Positions 38,006 to 49,535 of a DNA stretch of 64,000 nucleotides are shown piece after piece (the first letter of the stretch is position 1; each line of letters opens with the position of its first letter). The stretch comes from Candidatus Bathyarchaeia archaeon (GTDB lineage Archaea; Thermoproteota; Bathyarchaeia; Bathyarchaeales; Bathycorpusculaceae), in assembly GCA_049516875.1 (NCBI GenBank), contig JBEKSS010000001.1, positions 416,001 through 480,000 on the forward strand, written 5' to 3'. The notes below the pieces were generated by a model. That model searched no databases, had not been told where the DNA came from, and worked only from the letters and a program-made list of their open reading frames with translations. The position numbers and the translations under genes were made by a program.

Positions 38006-38614
38006 TTAGCCAACGTAGCCCACAGCTATACCTGCTGGAGGACCTGACAGTCCGCCTACCATGCCTAGAGTACGTTCGCCGTATTGGTTTACGAAAATTT
38101 CTTGTTCAGCACTTATTCCATAGTGGGTAGCGAAGACCACTGTAATGACGCTGTTTGTGAGTATGTCTGGTGCAGACGTTGGCAATTGCACGTTTATGAG
38201 TGCCTGTTCTCCAGGCTTGATGCTCTGATGAGACGCAACGTCAAACGATTCGTTGGTGCCAGTAGCATTGATAGCCAGAACTGTATAGTTCTCTATCAAG
38301 TATGTTTGCCAATTAGTAGTGTTGTACGTGCTTGTGTTATACGTGATTATGACGCTGTTCCACGCGAACGTCTCATTCCTAAGGAAAATGTCTCTGGAAC
38401 CAGTGTTTTGCACAGAAAAATTGAGCGATCTGTTTTCTACACTTGTGATTGTGAGCCCGAGTTCGACGCTGAGTCTGATGCTGTCACTTGATGTGGAGTT
38501 CACTAGGGACCCTACGTTGTTCATGGTTGTAAGCAGCGCGGTTGAGACTGCCCCAATAAAGGCTATCCAACCTACTAAGACAATTGCTGAAGCTATCGAT
38601 ACTGAGAGCCCCAC
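38006..38614 (-). CDS. flaF: Archaellum stator protein ArlF/FlaF
   Basis: 'MGLSVSIASAI' N-terminal TM, 'VQNTGS', 'IKPGE'. Confidence 0.8.
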   Translation of the reverse strand: MGLSVSIASAIVLVGWIAFIGAVSTALLTTMNNVGSLVNSTSSDSIRLSVELGLTITSVENRSLNFSVQNTGSRDIFLRNETFAWNSVIITYNTSTYNTTNWQTYLIENYTVLAINATGTNESFDVASHQSIKPGEQALINVQLPTSAPDILTNSVITVVFATHYGISAEQEIFVNQYGERTLGMVGGLSGPPAGIAVGYVG

Positions 38615-38628
38615 TGATAATCACCATT

Positions 38629-39126
38629 CTAGGGAGGTGAAAACATGTAGCTGCTGGAAATCCCCCTGTATGGGACGACTTTTGCCTCGTAAAGGCTGCC
38701 GGACACGTTTGTCGCAGGGTAAACCTGTATTATGGCGGCTTCTCCTATCTCAACAACGCCGTTTCCGTTTGCGTCAGTCATATTGAACTGTCCGCTTCCC
38801 GTGCTCGCGTTTGAACTGTAGGAGTAAAACATGGCCTGACCGTAACTACCGACGTAGACGCTGATAAGATCAAAGTCTGAAATTGAAAGACTTCCAGTGT
38901 TTTTTAAGTATATTGTGAACAGAGGACTTGGATCTGATGTCTGGTTAACGACCGCGTAGACTATGTCCAAGCGGGTGTCCATGCTCTTCTTAGCATTGTC
39001 AAGGTTTTGCATTATGTTGCTCTGAAGGGACGTCCCAGCGTATATCGCATAGGCTGCAAATCCGCTTGCCAGAACGACGGATGCGATCACCATTATTGCT
39101 TCGGTTATTGTAAGCGAAAATCCCAT
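38629..39126 (-). CDS. flaG: Archaellum stator protein ArlG/FlaG
   Basis: 'TITEAIMVIASVVLA', 'IYLKNTGS'. Confidence 0.82.
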   Translation of the reverse strand: MGFSLTITEAIMVIASVVLASGFAAYAIYAGTSLQSNIMQNLDNAKKSMDTRLDIVYAVVNQTSDPSPLFTIYLKNTGSLSISDFDLISVYVGSYGQAMFYSYSSNASTGSGQFNMTDANGNGVVEIGEAAIIQVYPATNVSGSLYEAKVVPYRGISSSYMFSPP

Positions 39127-39966
39127 TTACGGCTCTCCAGCCTTGCATTTCTTCAACACACGCATTATGAGCCCGCTCAGATCCTGTGGGTCCATTTTTA
39201 CACCTGAAGCGTGCGCTGCGCCGTAGATGCTGAGAATCACTTCTTCAGCTGATAGGTTCTGAGATCTTGCTCTGACGACGGCGCCAACCAAGTTTGACAC
39301 GTGCTCACTGTATCCTTTTGGCATGAAATCGGAGAACTCGCAATAGTCACATATTCTGTGTATACTCTCTTCGTCAAAGCCTAAGTCTAGCATCGTGTAA
39401 ACCCACTGCACGATTGAAGTCCCTTTGTTCACGCTGCCCATCCCTTCCAAGGGATTATCAATCATCCTTTCTTTCCCTCCTCCAACTTGTTTTTCCGCAG
39501 TGAACTTGTTCTCAGGCTTCTCAATCTCAGAGGCTGCCGACAAGTCAGCAGCATCTTTTGTTTCAACGTAACTTTCAACGACGAAACCAAGTTCTCCTTC
39601 AGCCTTTTTAGGCTCGCATGCTGCAGACATCTGTGCTCCTGCGGCACTCTTTGCTTCTTTTCCCCCTGCTTGCTCCTTTGCCAAGAGTCTATTTTCAATG
39701 ATTGGTTTTGCTTGAACTACTTTGTTGAGGTCTTCCTCGCTTGTGATAAGCTGCAAAAGATTAAACGGGTTCTGAGATTCACTGATAAGGCTTCGAATAT
39801 CCACGATAGTATTCTTCAAATCCTCGACGGTATTCTTAAGGGTCATGAAATTGTCAACATCGACCTTGAGCTTCTTAACATCCTTCTCAACCTCTTCAAT
39901 CCTCGTACCATCGTTGGCAGCCGTATTTGGATTTCCACTCGCTACGACATTCGGATTCTCGCTCAT
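39127..39966 (-). CDS. ArlC/D/E (FlaC/D/E)-like protein
   Basis: Coiled coil, 'LISESQNPFN' FlaC-like motif, C-terminal 'IVQWV..ML..G' helical domain; GGTGA RBS before MSEN. Confidence 0.65.
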   Translation of the reverse strand: MSENPNVVASGNPNTAANDGTRIEEVEKDVKKLKVDVDNFMTLKNTVEDLKNTIVDIRSLISESQNPFNLLQLITSEEDLNKVVQAKPIIENRLLAKEQAGGKEAKSAAGAQMSAACEPKKAEGELGFVVESYVETKDAADLSAASEIEKPENKFTAEKQVGGGKERMIDNPLEGMGSVNKGTSIVQWVYTMLDLGFDEESIHRICDYCEFSDFMPKGYSEHVSNLVGAVVRARSQNLSAEEVILSIYGAAHASGVKMDPQDLSGLIMRVLKKCKAGEP

Positions 39967-40008
39967 ACCATCACCTTCGATCCTGTTCAAACATTCTTGA
40001 TTGGATTT

Positions 40009-40068
40009 CGACTCTAAATCCAGATTGACACTTCACAAGCTTCGAAGACCTATTTGACACTTCTGAAC
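40009..40068. promoter_or_regulatory. Copy 2 of the duplicated upstream element (before the flaC/D/E-like gene)
   Basis: Contains TTGACACTTC twice; near-identical to 36058-36121. Confidence 0.65.
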
Positions 40069-40322
40069 TTGGAATATGAATCAGTAATACAGTTTAGCAG
40101 CTCGACCAACGCACTGTTCCAGAAGTCTTCTTTTTTCCGAAAACGCTGGATGTGAAGGAAGCTGAGCGCTGAAATCAACGCAGCTCAGCTAGCACGTGTT
40201 TCAGGAATATTGTTCAAAGAGAAAGATTACAGATTTTCACAGGAGATCTTGACAAGCTCTTCATAAGGTTCATACTTGCGGCTGCGATTACACTTGAGCT
40301 AGGGCAAGCCAAGCCCTAACAA

Positions 40323-40727
40323 ATGCCTAGAAGGATCCGACTAAAATTGATCACAAAGATTGCAACCATTTTCATCTCAATCGCCATAATTGCATGGGTA
40401 ACCGCTAGCATGCTAGTTCCTCACATCATTAGCCCACCCCCTCCGTCGACCCTACTGAACAAAACCGTCACCCTCACCGACGAAAACTACGAAGTAGGAT
40501 ATCCCCTCACGCTCAGAAAAGGTGAAAGAATTGACGTCAAAGCCTCAGGCAACGGCCAACCCATCGACTTCAGAATAACAGATAACGAGTCCTCAACGCT
40601 TATAGAAGAGACAGGAAACACGTTCTATGACGTGCCTTGGACGGCCCCTGCTGACGGCACCTACACATTCTATGTCAGCGCCAACGCGGGAGACGTCGTG
40701 GCCACGGTGATAGTGGTTAAAGGCTAA
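40323..40727 (+). CDS. Membrane-anchored small beta-sandwich protein
   Basis: N-terminal TM helix, Pro linker, 'WTAPADGTYTFYV'. Confidence 0.7.
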   Translation: MPRRIRLKLITKIATIFISIAIIAWVTASMLVPHIISPPPPSTLLNKTVTLTDENYEVGYPLTLRKGERIDVKASGNGQPIDFRITDNESSTLIEETGNTFYDVPWTAPADGTYTFYVSANAGDVVATVIVVKG

Positions 40728-40854
40728 TGTTTTTCCCATCTATCGTTCTCTAAATCGTTAACAGAAGGATCATTGATATGTAGTGAAAATTCATAAATTT
40801 CTTTAATACAGTGAGCCAACAAGAAAAAACTAAACACAACTCCAAGGTGAAAAA

Positions 40855-41052
40855 ATGTCCGCGGAAGTCGTTGTCCCACGTCCGGTTGAGACCAAAAAAA
40901 ATAGCACAGGCGGAAGGTGCCTGTTGTGGCGAATGTGTCCTGTCGTCTCCCTGAAGGAGAAGGATTGCATCCACAAGGGCAGTCCATCTTGCAAAGAGTT
41001 CATCAGATGGCTGAACAACTCAGAAGGGCGGTACACGGGAGACCTGCGCTAA
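40855..41052 (+). CDS. Small 4-Cys hypothetical protein
   Basis: AGGTGA RBS, TTTAATA upstream, 65 aa. Confidence 0.45.
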   Translation: MSAEVVVPRPVETKKNSTGGRCLLWRMCPVVSLKEKDCIHKGSPSCKEFIRWLNNSEGRYTGDLR

Positions 41053-41967
41053 CTAACGCATGACAACTGCCAAACCAGCAAGACTCAGGACAAACGCGCC
41101 CATACATCCTTTTTTTCTCACCTTGCAGACTAATTTCTCGCAAACGCAAGACCACGAGCCAACCCGAACATGACTTTGAGCCAGTAGGACACGTTCCAAA
41201 ACGAACCAATGAAGAGCCAAGGCAACTAAGCAAAGTTTGCCATCCAAAAAAAGAAAACCTTCATCCCAAACGTCTCCGAACACAGATAACTTCGTTCCCA
41301 GCCAGCCCCTTTTGAGCACTAAGATTCCTGATTCAGGCACTCTAAAGGAAGGACCCAAATTCCGACACGCGCTTATTCAGCAAGAACGCCGGTAGGCAAG
41401 ATCCAACACAAACCTTTCGGCATCAACGCCATGGAGAGCCTTCCATTCGTTGAATCATCATTATAATCCCTACAGCCAATGGCAAAATCGCTATGATGCA
41501 GCCGTCACTATCTATCTTAAACTATCACAAACATCACAACAGTCCAACGCTATCAGCAACGAGTAGACGCATGTGAGAGGTGTGGAGGTGAAAATTAAGG
41601 CCGCAACCGCTTTTAACACCTCTCGCACGGGCACCTGAGCTTTTGGCTGTGGACACGCAGACGATACAGAGCCATGGTTCACCAGTTTGGCAAGCCCGAA
41701 ATATATCTTTAATATTAATACTTAATAAGGATTCTCGTTGAGTTATACAACAGAAATACAGAAAGCCAAAATACACTCTAAAATGTCGACAGCACAAAGA
41801 GTAACCGTTTGTTTTTCATAAAGGAGACATAGAATCAGGCCACCTCACGGCTTGTTTTTCGTTCGGATAACCTCTTTCTATTGCAACTGAATCTGGATTG
41901 AAAATTAAGATTCCATATTCATAACTGATATCAATATAGAATCGAAAAGGTGACTTCGTGATAGCCT

Positions 41968-44900
41968 TTGGCAAAAGCTCTAGCCTTGAAAAGGAAGCTA
42001 TTGGTTCTAGGCATAATCATCATGATGATTTCATTATTTGTCAAACTAGAACCCGACGCAAAAGCCCAATCCAGCTCAGAATATCAAAGATACGTGCATA
42101 ATTATTCAAACAGCACTTACATGGAAAAGCCAATGTTTCCAGTACTGATTAATGACTCCCAAATACTTGTGGGTCAAAACTGGACAATAATCTGTCCCTT
42201 GCAGGCAAGTCATTCTTATCATGTTTACCTTTACGGCGCCTGGGTGAACAACGGATCGCAACCAAAAACAGACTATGACGTCTACGTCTATGGCCCAAAC
42301 GGCATACTCGTGGGCGTCCACACAGAATCCGCAGGACTCCTTGAACACCTAGGAGACACCGTAGACACACCGTTCTTCACACCAAAACAAACCGGCAACT
42401 ACACCTTCATAATAGCAAACAACGCAGGCACAAGCCAAGCAGCACAACAAGCAACATTCATGATCATCGAAAACATCCAAACCAACAGTCAAGAACGAAA
42501 CAATCCTGAACAACGTGCCACTAGCATGGGAGCCAGGACTATACGGCAACGCAACCAGCACAACCACCACGCCAGGCACAAACGCCACGATAGGCGGCTA
42601 CAACTTGGACAGTGAAGGGTACAGAGGAGTAGCCTACGCAAGCTGCGAGTACCCAGGCCAGGACATGCTCATAAACTACACCTCACCACACACAGGACAA
42701 ACTCTCTACCACCTAGTACTAATAGGCGAATACGGAGCAGGAACAGTGAACTTTCTAGTCAGAACAATATTCGACGCTTCCCTACAACCATCAATAGTCC
42801 CGGGCAAAGTGTATTTGGACACTAATGCTACCATAGTTTATGTCTCAAAGTCCACAGACTTGGTGAACGCAACCCTGCAATACTCAACCGACAATTGGAC
42901 AAGCACAACGACAATTCCAATGGCAATCCTGGCAGACAACAGAACCTGCACAACGGTCATTCCCGCACAGGCTGCAGGCACACTTGTCAGCTACAGAGTT
43001 CAAGCCTACGATTATCTAGAAGACGCGCTTGTCGCTGGCGGAAACTACACTGTGAGGCAACCTTCGACAACTTTTTTGGCAAAGCCCATGTTCCCAGTAA
43101 TGTTCAACGATTCCCAGATTGAGATAGACCGGGACTGGAGCGTCGTATCCACCTTGCAGGCAAGTCATTCTTATCATGTTTACCTTTACGGCGCCTGGGT
43201 AAACAACGGATCACAACCAAAAACAGACTATGACGTCTACGTCTACGACCCAAACGGCATACTCGTGGGCATCCACACAGAATCCGCAGGACTCCTTGAA
43301 CACCTAGGAGACACCGTAAACACACCGTTCTTCACACCAAAACAAACCGGCAACTACACCTTCATAATAGCAAACAACGCAGGCACAAGCCAAGCAGCAC
43401 AACAAGCAACATTCATGATCATCGAAAACATCCAAACCAACAGGTTAACGTTCCGGACACGCTGGACATGTACGAAGCAAGACTATATCTCATGGCCGAT
43501 CCAACAGTCAAGAACGAAACAATCCTAAACGGCATACCGCTAGCATGGGAACCGGGGCTATACGGCAACAGAACCGACATCTTCGGCGGCTACAACTTAG
43601 ACAGTGAAGGGTACAGAGGAGTAGTCTACGCAAGCTGCGAGTACCCAGGCCAGGACATGCTCATAAACTACACCTCACCACACACAGGACAAACTCTCTA
43701 CCACCTAGTACTAATAGGCGAATATGGAGCAGGAACAGTACAGTTCCGCGTCAAGACCGTTTTTGACCCTTCTCTGCAACCATCGATCCTCCCGGGCAAT
43801 GTATATCCAGACACCGATGTGACTATAGCTTACGTTTCAAAGTCCACAGACCTGCTCAACGCAACCTTACAATGCTCAACCAACAATTGGACAAGCACAA
43901 CAACAATTCCAATGGAAATCTCGGACGACCAGAGAACGTGCACAGCAACAATCCCCAGACAGGTAGCTGACACATTTATCCTCTTTGGAGTCCAAGCCTA
44001 CGACTCTCTGGAAAACAGACTTGTCGCCACGGGAAACTACACTGTAATACGAAGCTCGACCTTTCTTGAAAAACCCATGTTTCCCGTATGGTTTGATGAA
44101 TCGCAGATTGAGATAGGGCGAGACTGGAACATCACGTGCCCGCTGGAAGCAAACCACACCTATCACATCTACCTTTACGGCGCCTGGGTGAACAACGGAT
44201 CAGACCCAAAGACAAACTACGACGTCTACGTTTACAAACCAGACGGCAACTCCGAAAGCAACCACACCGCATCCGCCGGGCTACTTGAACACTTGGGCGA
44301 CACGTATGACGCACCCTTCTTCACTCCAGCACAAAGCGGCAACTACACCTTCAGAATAGTAAACAGCGCGGGAGGAAGCGTTGCTGCTCAACAGGCAACG
44401 TTCATGATGGTCGAGGATGTTGAATGCAACAGCTGGCATCAACGCTACATCGAAGGTACAAACAACGGTACCCAAGCTCCTGACACTAGCTGGGCATACG
44501 AGTTTGTAACCGAAAGTCAGAACGTGCAGGTTCTGATCAGTGTTCCAGAAACGTTGGCCATGTACGAGGCTAGGCTGTACCTCATGGCCGATCCAACAGT
44601 CAAAAACGAGACAATCCTAAACGGCATACCGCTAGCATGGGAACCGGGACTATACGGCAACACAACCAGCACAACCGCCACACCAGGCACAAACGTCGCC
44701 TTAGGAGGCTACAATCCGGAGAGTGAAGGATACCGAGGTATAGCCTTTGCAACAAGCGATCATGCAGGCCAAGACGTGTTCATCAACTTCACCTCACCAC
44801 ACGCAGGAAAGACCCTCTACCAACTGGTACTGATAGGCGGAAAAGGCAGCGGAACGGTGGAGTTCCTAGTCAAAACGATTTTTAATGCCAGCTTGCAACC

Positions 44901-45579
44901 GTCAATCGTCCCGAGCAGACTATATCCAAATGACACCGGCATAGTCGCCTACGTTTCTACGTCAACAGACTTGGTGAACGCAACCTTGCAATACTCAACC
45001 GACAACTGGGCAAACGCGACCACGATCCCGATGGAAATCTTTGACAACAGAACGTGTAGAGTAACGATTCCAGGGCAAATTGCTGGAACAAACGTGGCGT
45101 ATGGAATCGAAGCCACCGATTTGTTAAGAGATGTTCTTGTTGCCAACGGAAGCTACACTGTGAAGAACCCCTCAATGCTGAACGTAACTTTGATTCGAGA
45201 AACTGTAACATTGGGCGATAACATAACCGTCAAAGGCTATATGATTCCACAAACTGGTGGTGTGCCCATCACAGTGTATTTCAACTCTGAAAATGACAGC
45301 GAAAGCACAATGTGTTTCACGCTTGCAGACGGTTCTTTCGCGGCCAGCTTTACACCTAACGCTATAGGGGCTTGGAATGTTCAAGCAACATTCTCTGAGG
45401 ACACGTCAACTTATGGAAGCATGAGCCAACAACTAGTGGCAATCGTTGGAGAACCATCCTTTCTAGCACAATATTCACTCTACATAGGCGTAGGAGTTGC
45501 CGCAGCAGCAATAGGTTCAGTAGTCTTGATGCTTTATCTCAGAAAGTGGCGTGGCCGCGTGGTAGAAGAAGAATGGTAG
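41968..45579 (+). pseudogene. Large surface protein with three ~320-aa repeats, split by two frameshifting deletions
   Basis: Signal peptide in ORF 41968, C-terminal TM in ORF 43468; repeat signature 'YLYGAWVNNGS.PKT.YDVYVY' occurs three times; breaks near 42488 and 43443. Confidence 0.75.
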
Positions 45580-46781
45580 TAGACTTTCGTGTCGATTGAA
45601 CTAGAGTTTAGTCTCCCTGAAATACCAAGATGTGGCAAGTTCGTAACAGGAAATGAATCACCATAACCGAAACTTTGTTCTTCCCATTTAAAAACGATGA
45701 ATTGACTATGAAGGTTAAGATCTGAGGAATCGTGTTAATTTACACTTCAAACCTTTTGGGATGGAGTTGTGTCAGTAACGAAGACACGGAGAGGATGTAC
45801 GTGCTAGCTCTTAGCCAAGTATTTCACAGGATCCGCCTCTTGCAAATTCTAAAGACTTGCTCAAGCATCCAGCCACAATTGGGCATGGCTCTTGATTGCA
45901 GCATCGAAGCTTTCAAACCTGAGATATAGTGTGCTCAGTTTTTTGGACTCGCGTTCTCTAGATTCGTCTTGCAGAGAATTGTCTTTTGCAACTCACAGTA
46001 CAGCTTTTTTGCCTCTGTCAACTACGTCTCTAACTAACTGAGACTGTCGAAGTTGCTGGTTCTTCGTTCTCAAGGAGAGCGTCCGAACTTACATCTGCTC
46101 ATCTTTTTTACTAAAAGCAACTGCTCTCCATACATTCTTAAACCTGCCTCACAGCAGATTGCGTCAACGACATAACTATGGCAGAACAATGTAGTGATGG
46201 AGTTTTCGGTATCAATGCCGCAAAGGATGAAACCAGAAAACAAAAGACAGGAACTTAGTTTTCCCGTACCCTACGGCAGATTGTCTAACAATGAGCACGC
46301 AAACGTAATTTCATGCGCTGGGTTTTCGGGCCAACGACCTATGTTATGAACCAACGTATCTGTATAGTCAACTGTCGCTTGAGCCAAGTTTATAAGACAT
46401 GCCAGTCATCAACTGCCCACCCGTTGCACAGGAACCCAAGCTGTCTGAAGTTGAAGCTGAACAAATCATAACTTCAACTTTCCTTTTCTCGTCAGTATGC
46501 TCAGAGCGGGTTCTATTCAACGTTGAAGGATCTCTTCTGCGCTTGTTGTTCGCAAAGATCTTTATGACTTCTTTATTTTTTCGCTGACTTCCACGGGGGT
46601 TCAGCGAGCATATGTATCGACGTTCCGGTAATCACGTTGAATCTAATCAATCAGATTGCCAGTCTTCACAAACTTACTAACTGTGCAGGCCAATAATAGA
46701 ATGCCTCAAATCCGTTTGCGCTGTGGTTTCAAAAAAATAAAAGGAAAGTGGGGGAGATATCTCGGCTTGTGTAGGAGTTTT

Positions 46782-47426
46782 CTAACCGAGATCGATAATC
46801 TGCTTTTGTGGTAGACCGCCTGGGATTTCTCTCTGTATCATCAAAGCTGCGCCTCTGCTGGTCCTGATCTCAACCTTGAACTTAGTGTAGGGCTGTAAGG
46901 GGTAGGCCGTGCCCAAGTAGACGACCATGTATGCTTTTGCGTTTTGTTTGAGAACCGTGTCAGTCGTTTGTTGACTGTTGTAGATGAAGCAGGTAGCATT
47001 TGGTGCAGTGCCCATTAGATTCATTAGGGTTACTATGTCCTTATCGCTCCGGCTCACTGAACCACTGTATATATTGGCAAGCGACCAGTTTCCGCCTTGC
47101 ACTGCAACTACTACGGTATTATTAGCCATGTCCACTTGCTCCTGACCTACTGCGAGCTTCAACGGGATAGCGAGAAACGTCACGTTACCATTGGTGTCTG
47201 TCGCTCCCGCAATGTAGCCGTCGAGTTCAAGAGCGCTCGTCGCTTCCTGGATGCCCTTGTCAATCGTAGACTTCGCCGTCTGCGCCGAGTAGAAACCCAT
47301 GTTGATGACAACGTAGGCCAAAGCAGCGGCTATCACCACGAAGGCAATCAAAACGATTGCAGCTTCAATACCGACGATACCGCGCTTATTCTTGCGGATG
47401 CAACGCATTAAGGTGTTCATTGCCAC
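46782..47426 (-). CDS. flaB: Archaellin
   Basis: Class III signal peptide 'KRG|IVGIEAAIVLIAFVVIAA'. Confidence 0.92.
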   Translation of the reverse strand: MAMNTLMRCIRKNKRGIVGIEAAIVLIAFVVIAAALAYVVINMGFYSAQTAKSTIDKGIQEATSALELDGYIAGATDTNGNVTFLAIPLKLAVGQEQVDMANNTVVVAVQGGNWSLANIYSGSVSRSDKDIVTLMNLMGTAPNATCFIYNSQQTTDTVLKQNAKAYMVVYLGTAYPLQPYTKFKVEIRTSRGAALMIQREIPGGLPQKQIIDLG

Positions 47427-47430
47427 TCAC

Positions 47431-48132
47431 CTAACTGCCTACTATGCTCCAACCTGTGGAAAGCTGGGCGGAAACTTTGAAATCAACGGAGATCGGTGCG
47501 TCTTGCTGTGGCCTAATCTGGATGTAGATGGTTTGGCCGTGAGTTGGGCGGTCCTGTGGTGCGAAGTAGACCATTAGAAATCCTTTTTCGCTGCTGTCAA
47601 GCGAAGTGTTGTTGTTACTATTGCCTATAAACAGCTCCGCCGCAGTTATTGTGCCTCCATTGGACAATGGTGTCGAACCCGTATAGTTGACCAAATTGTC
47701 CATTTTAGTACTATATGGATCGATGGTGTTGCTAGTACTGGCGTTGACTCCATAGTAGCAATTTGCGATTGCGCTTTGGCCAGAGATTGTCAAAGTAATT
47801 TGGGTTGAATTTGCGTCCATTGGAACGTATCTTACTCCGACTACTTGTAGCGGGACCATCATGGCATCAACGTAGTAAGGAGCAGTAGCATTGGCTCTTA
47901 GCATGATGTCTCCGTCGACAATCAGAGGGCTGCTTGCTTCTGATATGCCGTTCTGGATTGTACTTTTGCCGCTTTGTGTTGCGAACAGACCCATGTTGAC
48001 GACCATGAAAGCGAATGCAGCAGCAACAATGACGAAAGCGATGAGCACGATTGCAGCTTCAATACCTACCATACCGCGATTCTGTTTCAGTAGTTTTCTT
48101 AGGCTTTGTTTTATTTTCATTTTCTTTTTCAC
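47431..48132 (-). CDS. flaB: Archaellin
   Basis: 'NRG|MVGIEAAIVLIAFVIVAA'. Confidence 0.92.
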   Translation of the reverse strand: MKKKMKIKQSLRKLLKQNRGMVGIEAAIVLIAFVIVAAAFAFMVVNMGLFATQSGKSTIQNGISEASSPLIVDGDIMLRANATAPYYVDAMMVPLQVVGVRYVPMDANSTQITLTISGQSAIANCYYGVNASTSNTIDPYSTKMDNLVNYTGSTPLSNGGTITAAELFIGNSNNNTSLDSSEKGFLMVYFAPQDRPTHGQTIYIQIRPQQDAPISVDFKVSAQLSTGWSIVGS

Positions 48133-48454
48133 CTGAGCCTAAGAGTATTGACTATTGCGATATAATACTCTGTGCGTCACAGCACCTACAAACAACACTC
48201 GCCCCAAAAAGGATAGTTTGACGTTTGCGCTTGGCCGACGACCATCAATTGGGCAGATGTTGTGGGACCTTGAGGTCGGAATCGACTGAGCGCCTGAAAG
48301 CCTGGACTCCCCCCTCCGTTTTCTAAGACCTTTCTGTAGGTTTCGGTGCACGTCTGTTGTTTTATCCATATCTAGGGGAAATAGCGGGTTCAGCAACGCT
48401 GTCCTGTTCTGCGGTTGAGACGCGGAAAGGGGGTTTAGAAGCGTGTAGGTTTGC

Positions 48455-49111
48455 TTAGCTGCCTACTGTTAGCCATCCGTTGGTGAGATCTGGCGAGACG
48501 AAGATCTCAACTGAGAGTGGAGCACCGTTCTGTGGTCGGATGTCGATGTAGATGTGTTCCCCCTCGGCTGCCTGGTCGGTTCCGCTGAAATAGAATACCA
48601 AGAAGCCTTTCTCGTTAGAGTCGAGAGATGAGCCACCATCATTGTTGCCTATGAAGAGTTTTGCGCTTGTGCTGCTGTTTCCGACGGCGTTTACGAGTGT
48701 ATCAAACTGAGCTGTGTAGGGGTTAGTGTCGTTTATCCCCTTGTAAACGTCGGCGATTGCAGTGTGACTCCCCACTCTTAACGTTACTACGGTTGAGTTT
48801 TGGGCCATTGACACGTATTGTGTTCCAATAGTCTTCAATGGAATTACCGTGGCGTCAACTTTTCCAGAGCTTCCTCTCAGGTATATGCTACCATCAATCA
48901 TCAGTGGACTACTCACAGCCGATATGCCCTGCTGAATTGTGTCTCTTCCCCTCTGCGTTGCGAATAAACCCATATTGACCGCCATGAAACTGAAAGCAGC
49001 AGCAACAATGACGAAAGCGATGAGCACGATTGCAGCTTCAATACCTACCATACCGCGATTCTGTTTCAAAGATTTCTTCAGTGCTTTCCTAATATTCATT
49101 AGAGCCTTCAC
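48455..49111 (-). CDS. flaB: Archaellin
   Basis: 'NRG|MVGIEAAIVLIAFVIVAA'. Confidence 0.92.
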   Translation of the reverse strand: MKALMNIRKALKKSLKQNRGMVGIEAAIVLIAFVIVAAAFSFMAVNMGLFATQRGRDTIQQGISAVSSPLMIDGSIYLRGSSGKVDATVIPLKTIGTQYVSMAQNSTVVTLRVGSHTAIADVYKGINDTNPYTAQFDTLVNAVGNSSTSAKLFIGNNDGGSSLDSNEKGFLVFYFSGTDQAAEGEHIYIDIRPQNGAPLSVEIFVSPDLTNGWLTVGS

Positions 49112-49535
49112 CTTTAGTTGCGCTCAGTATTCAGAATATTTAGATATAATCTATTGTATGTCGCAAACCCCACAGACAATGCGTCCCACGGGATTTTGCA
49201 CACACCTGAAAAGATTTGCAGGCTGAAGTGTTACAGTGAATGGCGGCCACGTTGACCCGTTGCACCTTGAGATATCTGAAGATGAAATATCCCTCAGCGT
49301 CTTGTCAGACAGCTGCCAAAATGTGTAATTCATTTGACGGGACTTGGTAGAAAGGGATCAGAGTGACCTGCGACAAGGGGATTGCCTCAACTGCAAACTT
49401 CACCTTCACACGGATGGCTGAAGTCTGACATCCAATTGACGTGGCTAAATACAAAAATGCATGCTTGTAAGTTGGTCTGGTGCTAACATAAACATGCTGA
49501 TTAGACGTGAAGGTCAAAAAAGCAAGCCAATGGAC

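Noticed and set aside
41968-45579. Diversity-generating retroelement TR/VR pair among the near-identical repeats
   Set aside because: No reverse transcriptase in the window; differences are not adenine-specific; the repeats are in-frame protein domains
45580-46780. 1.2-kb ORF-poor gap as a hidden gene or IS remnant
   Set aside because: Only short ORFs without motifs; no terminal repeats or transposase signature recognised
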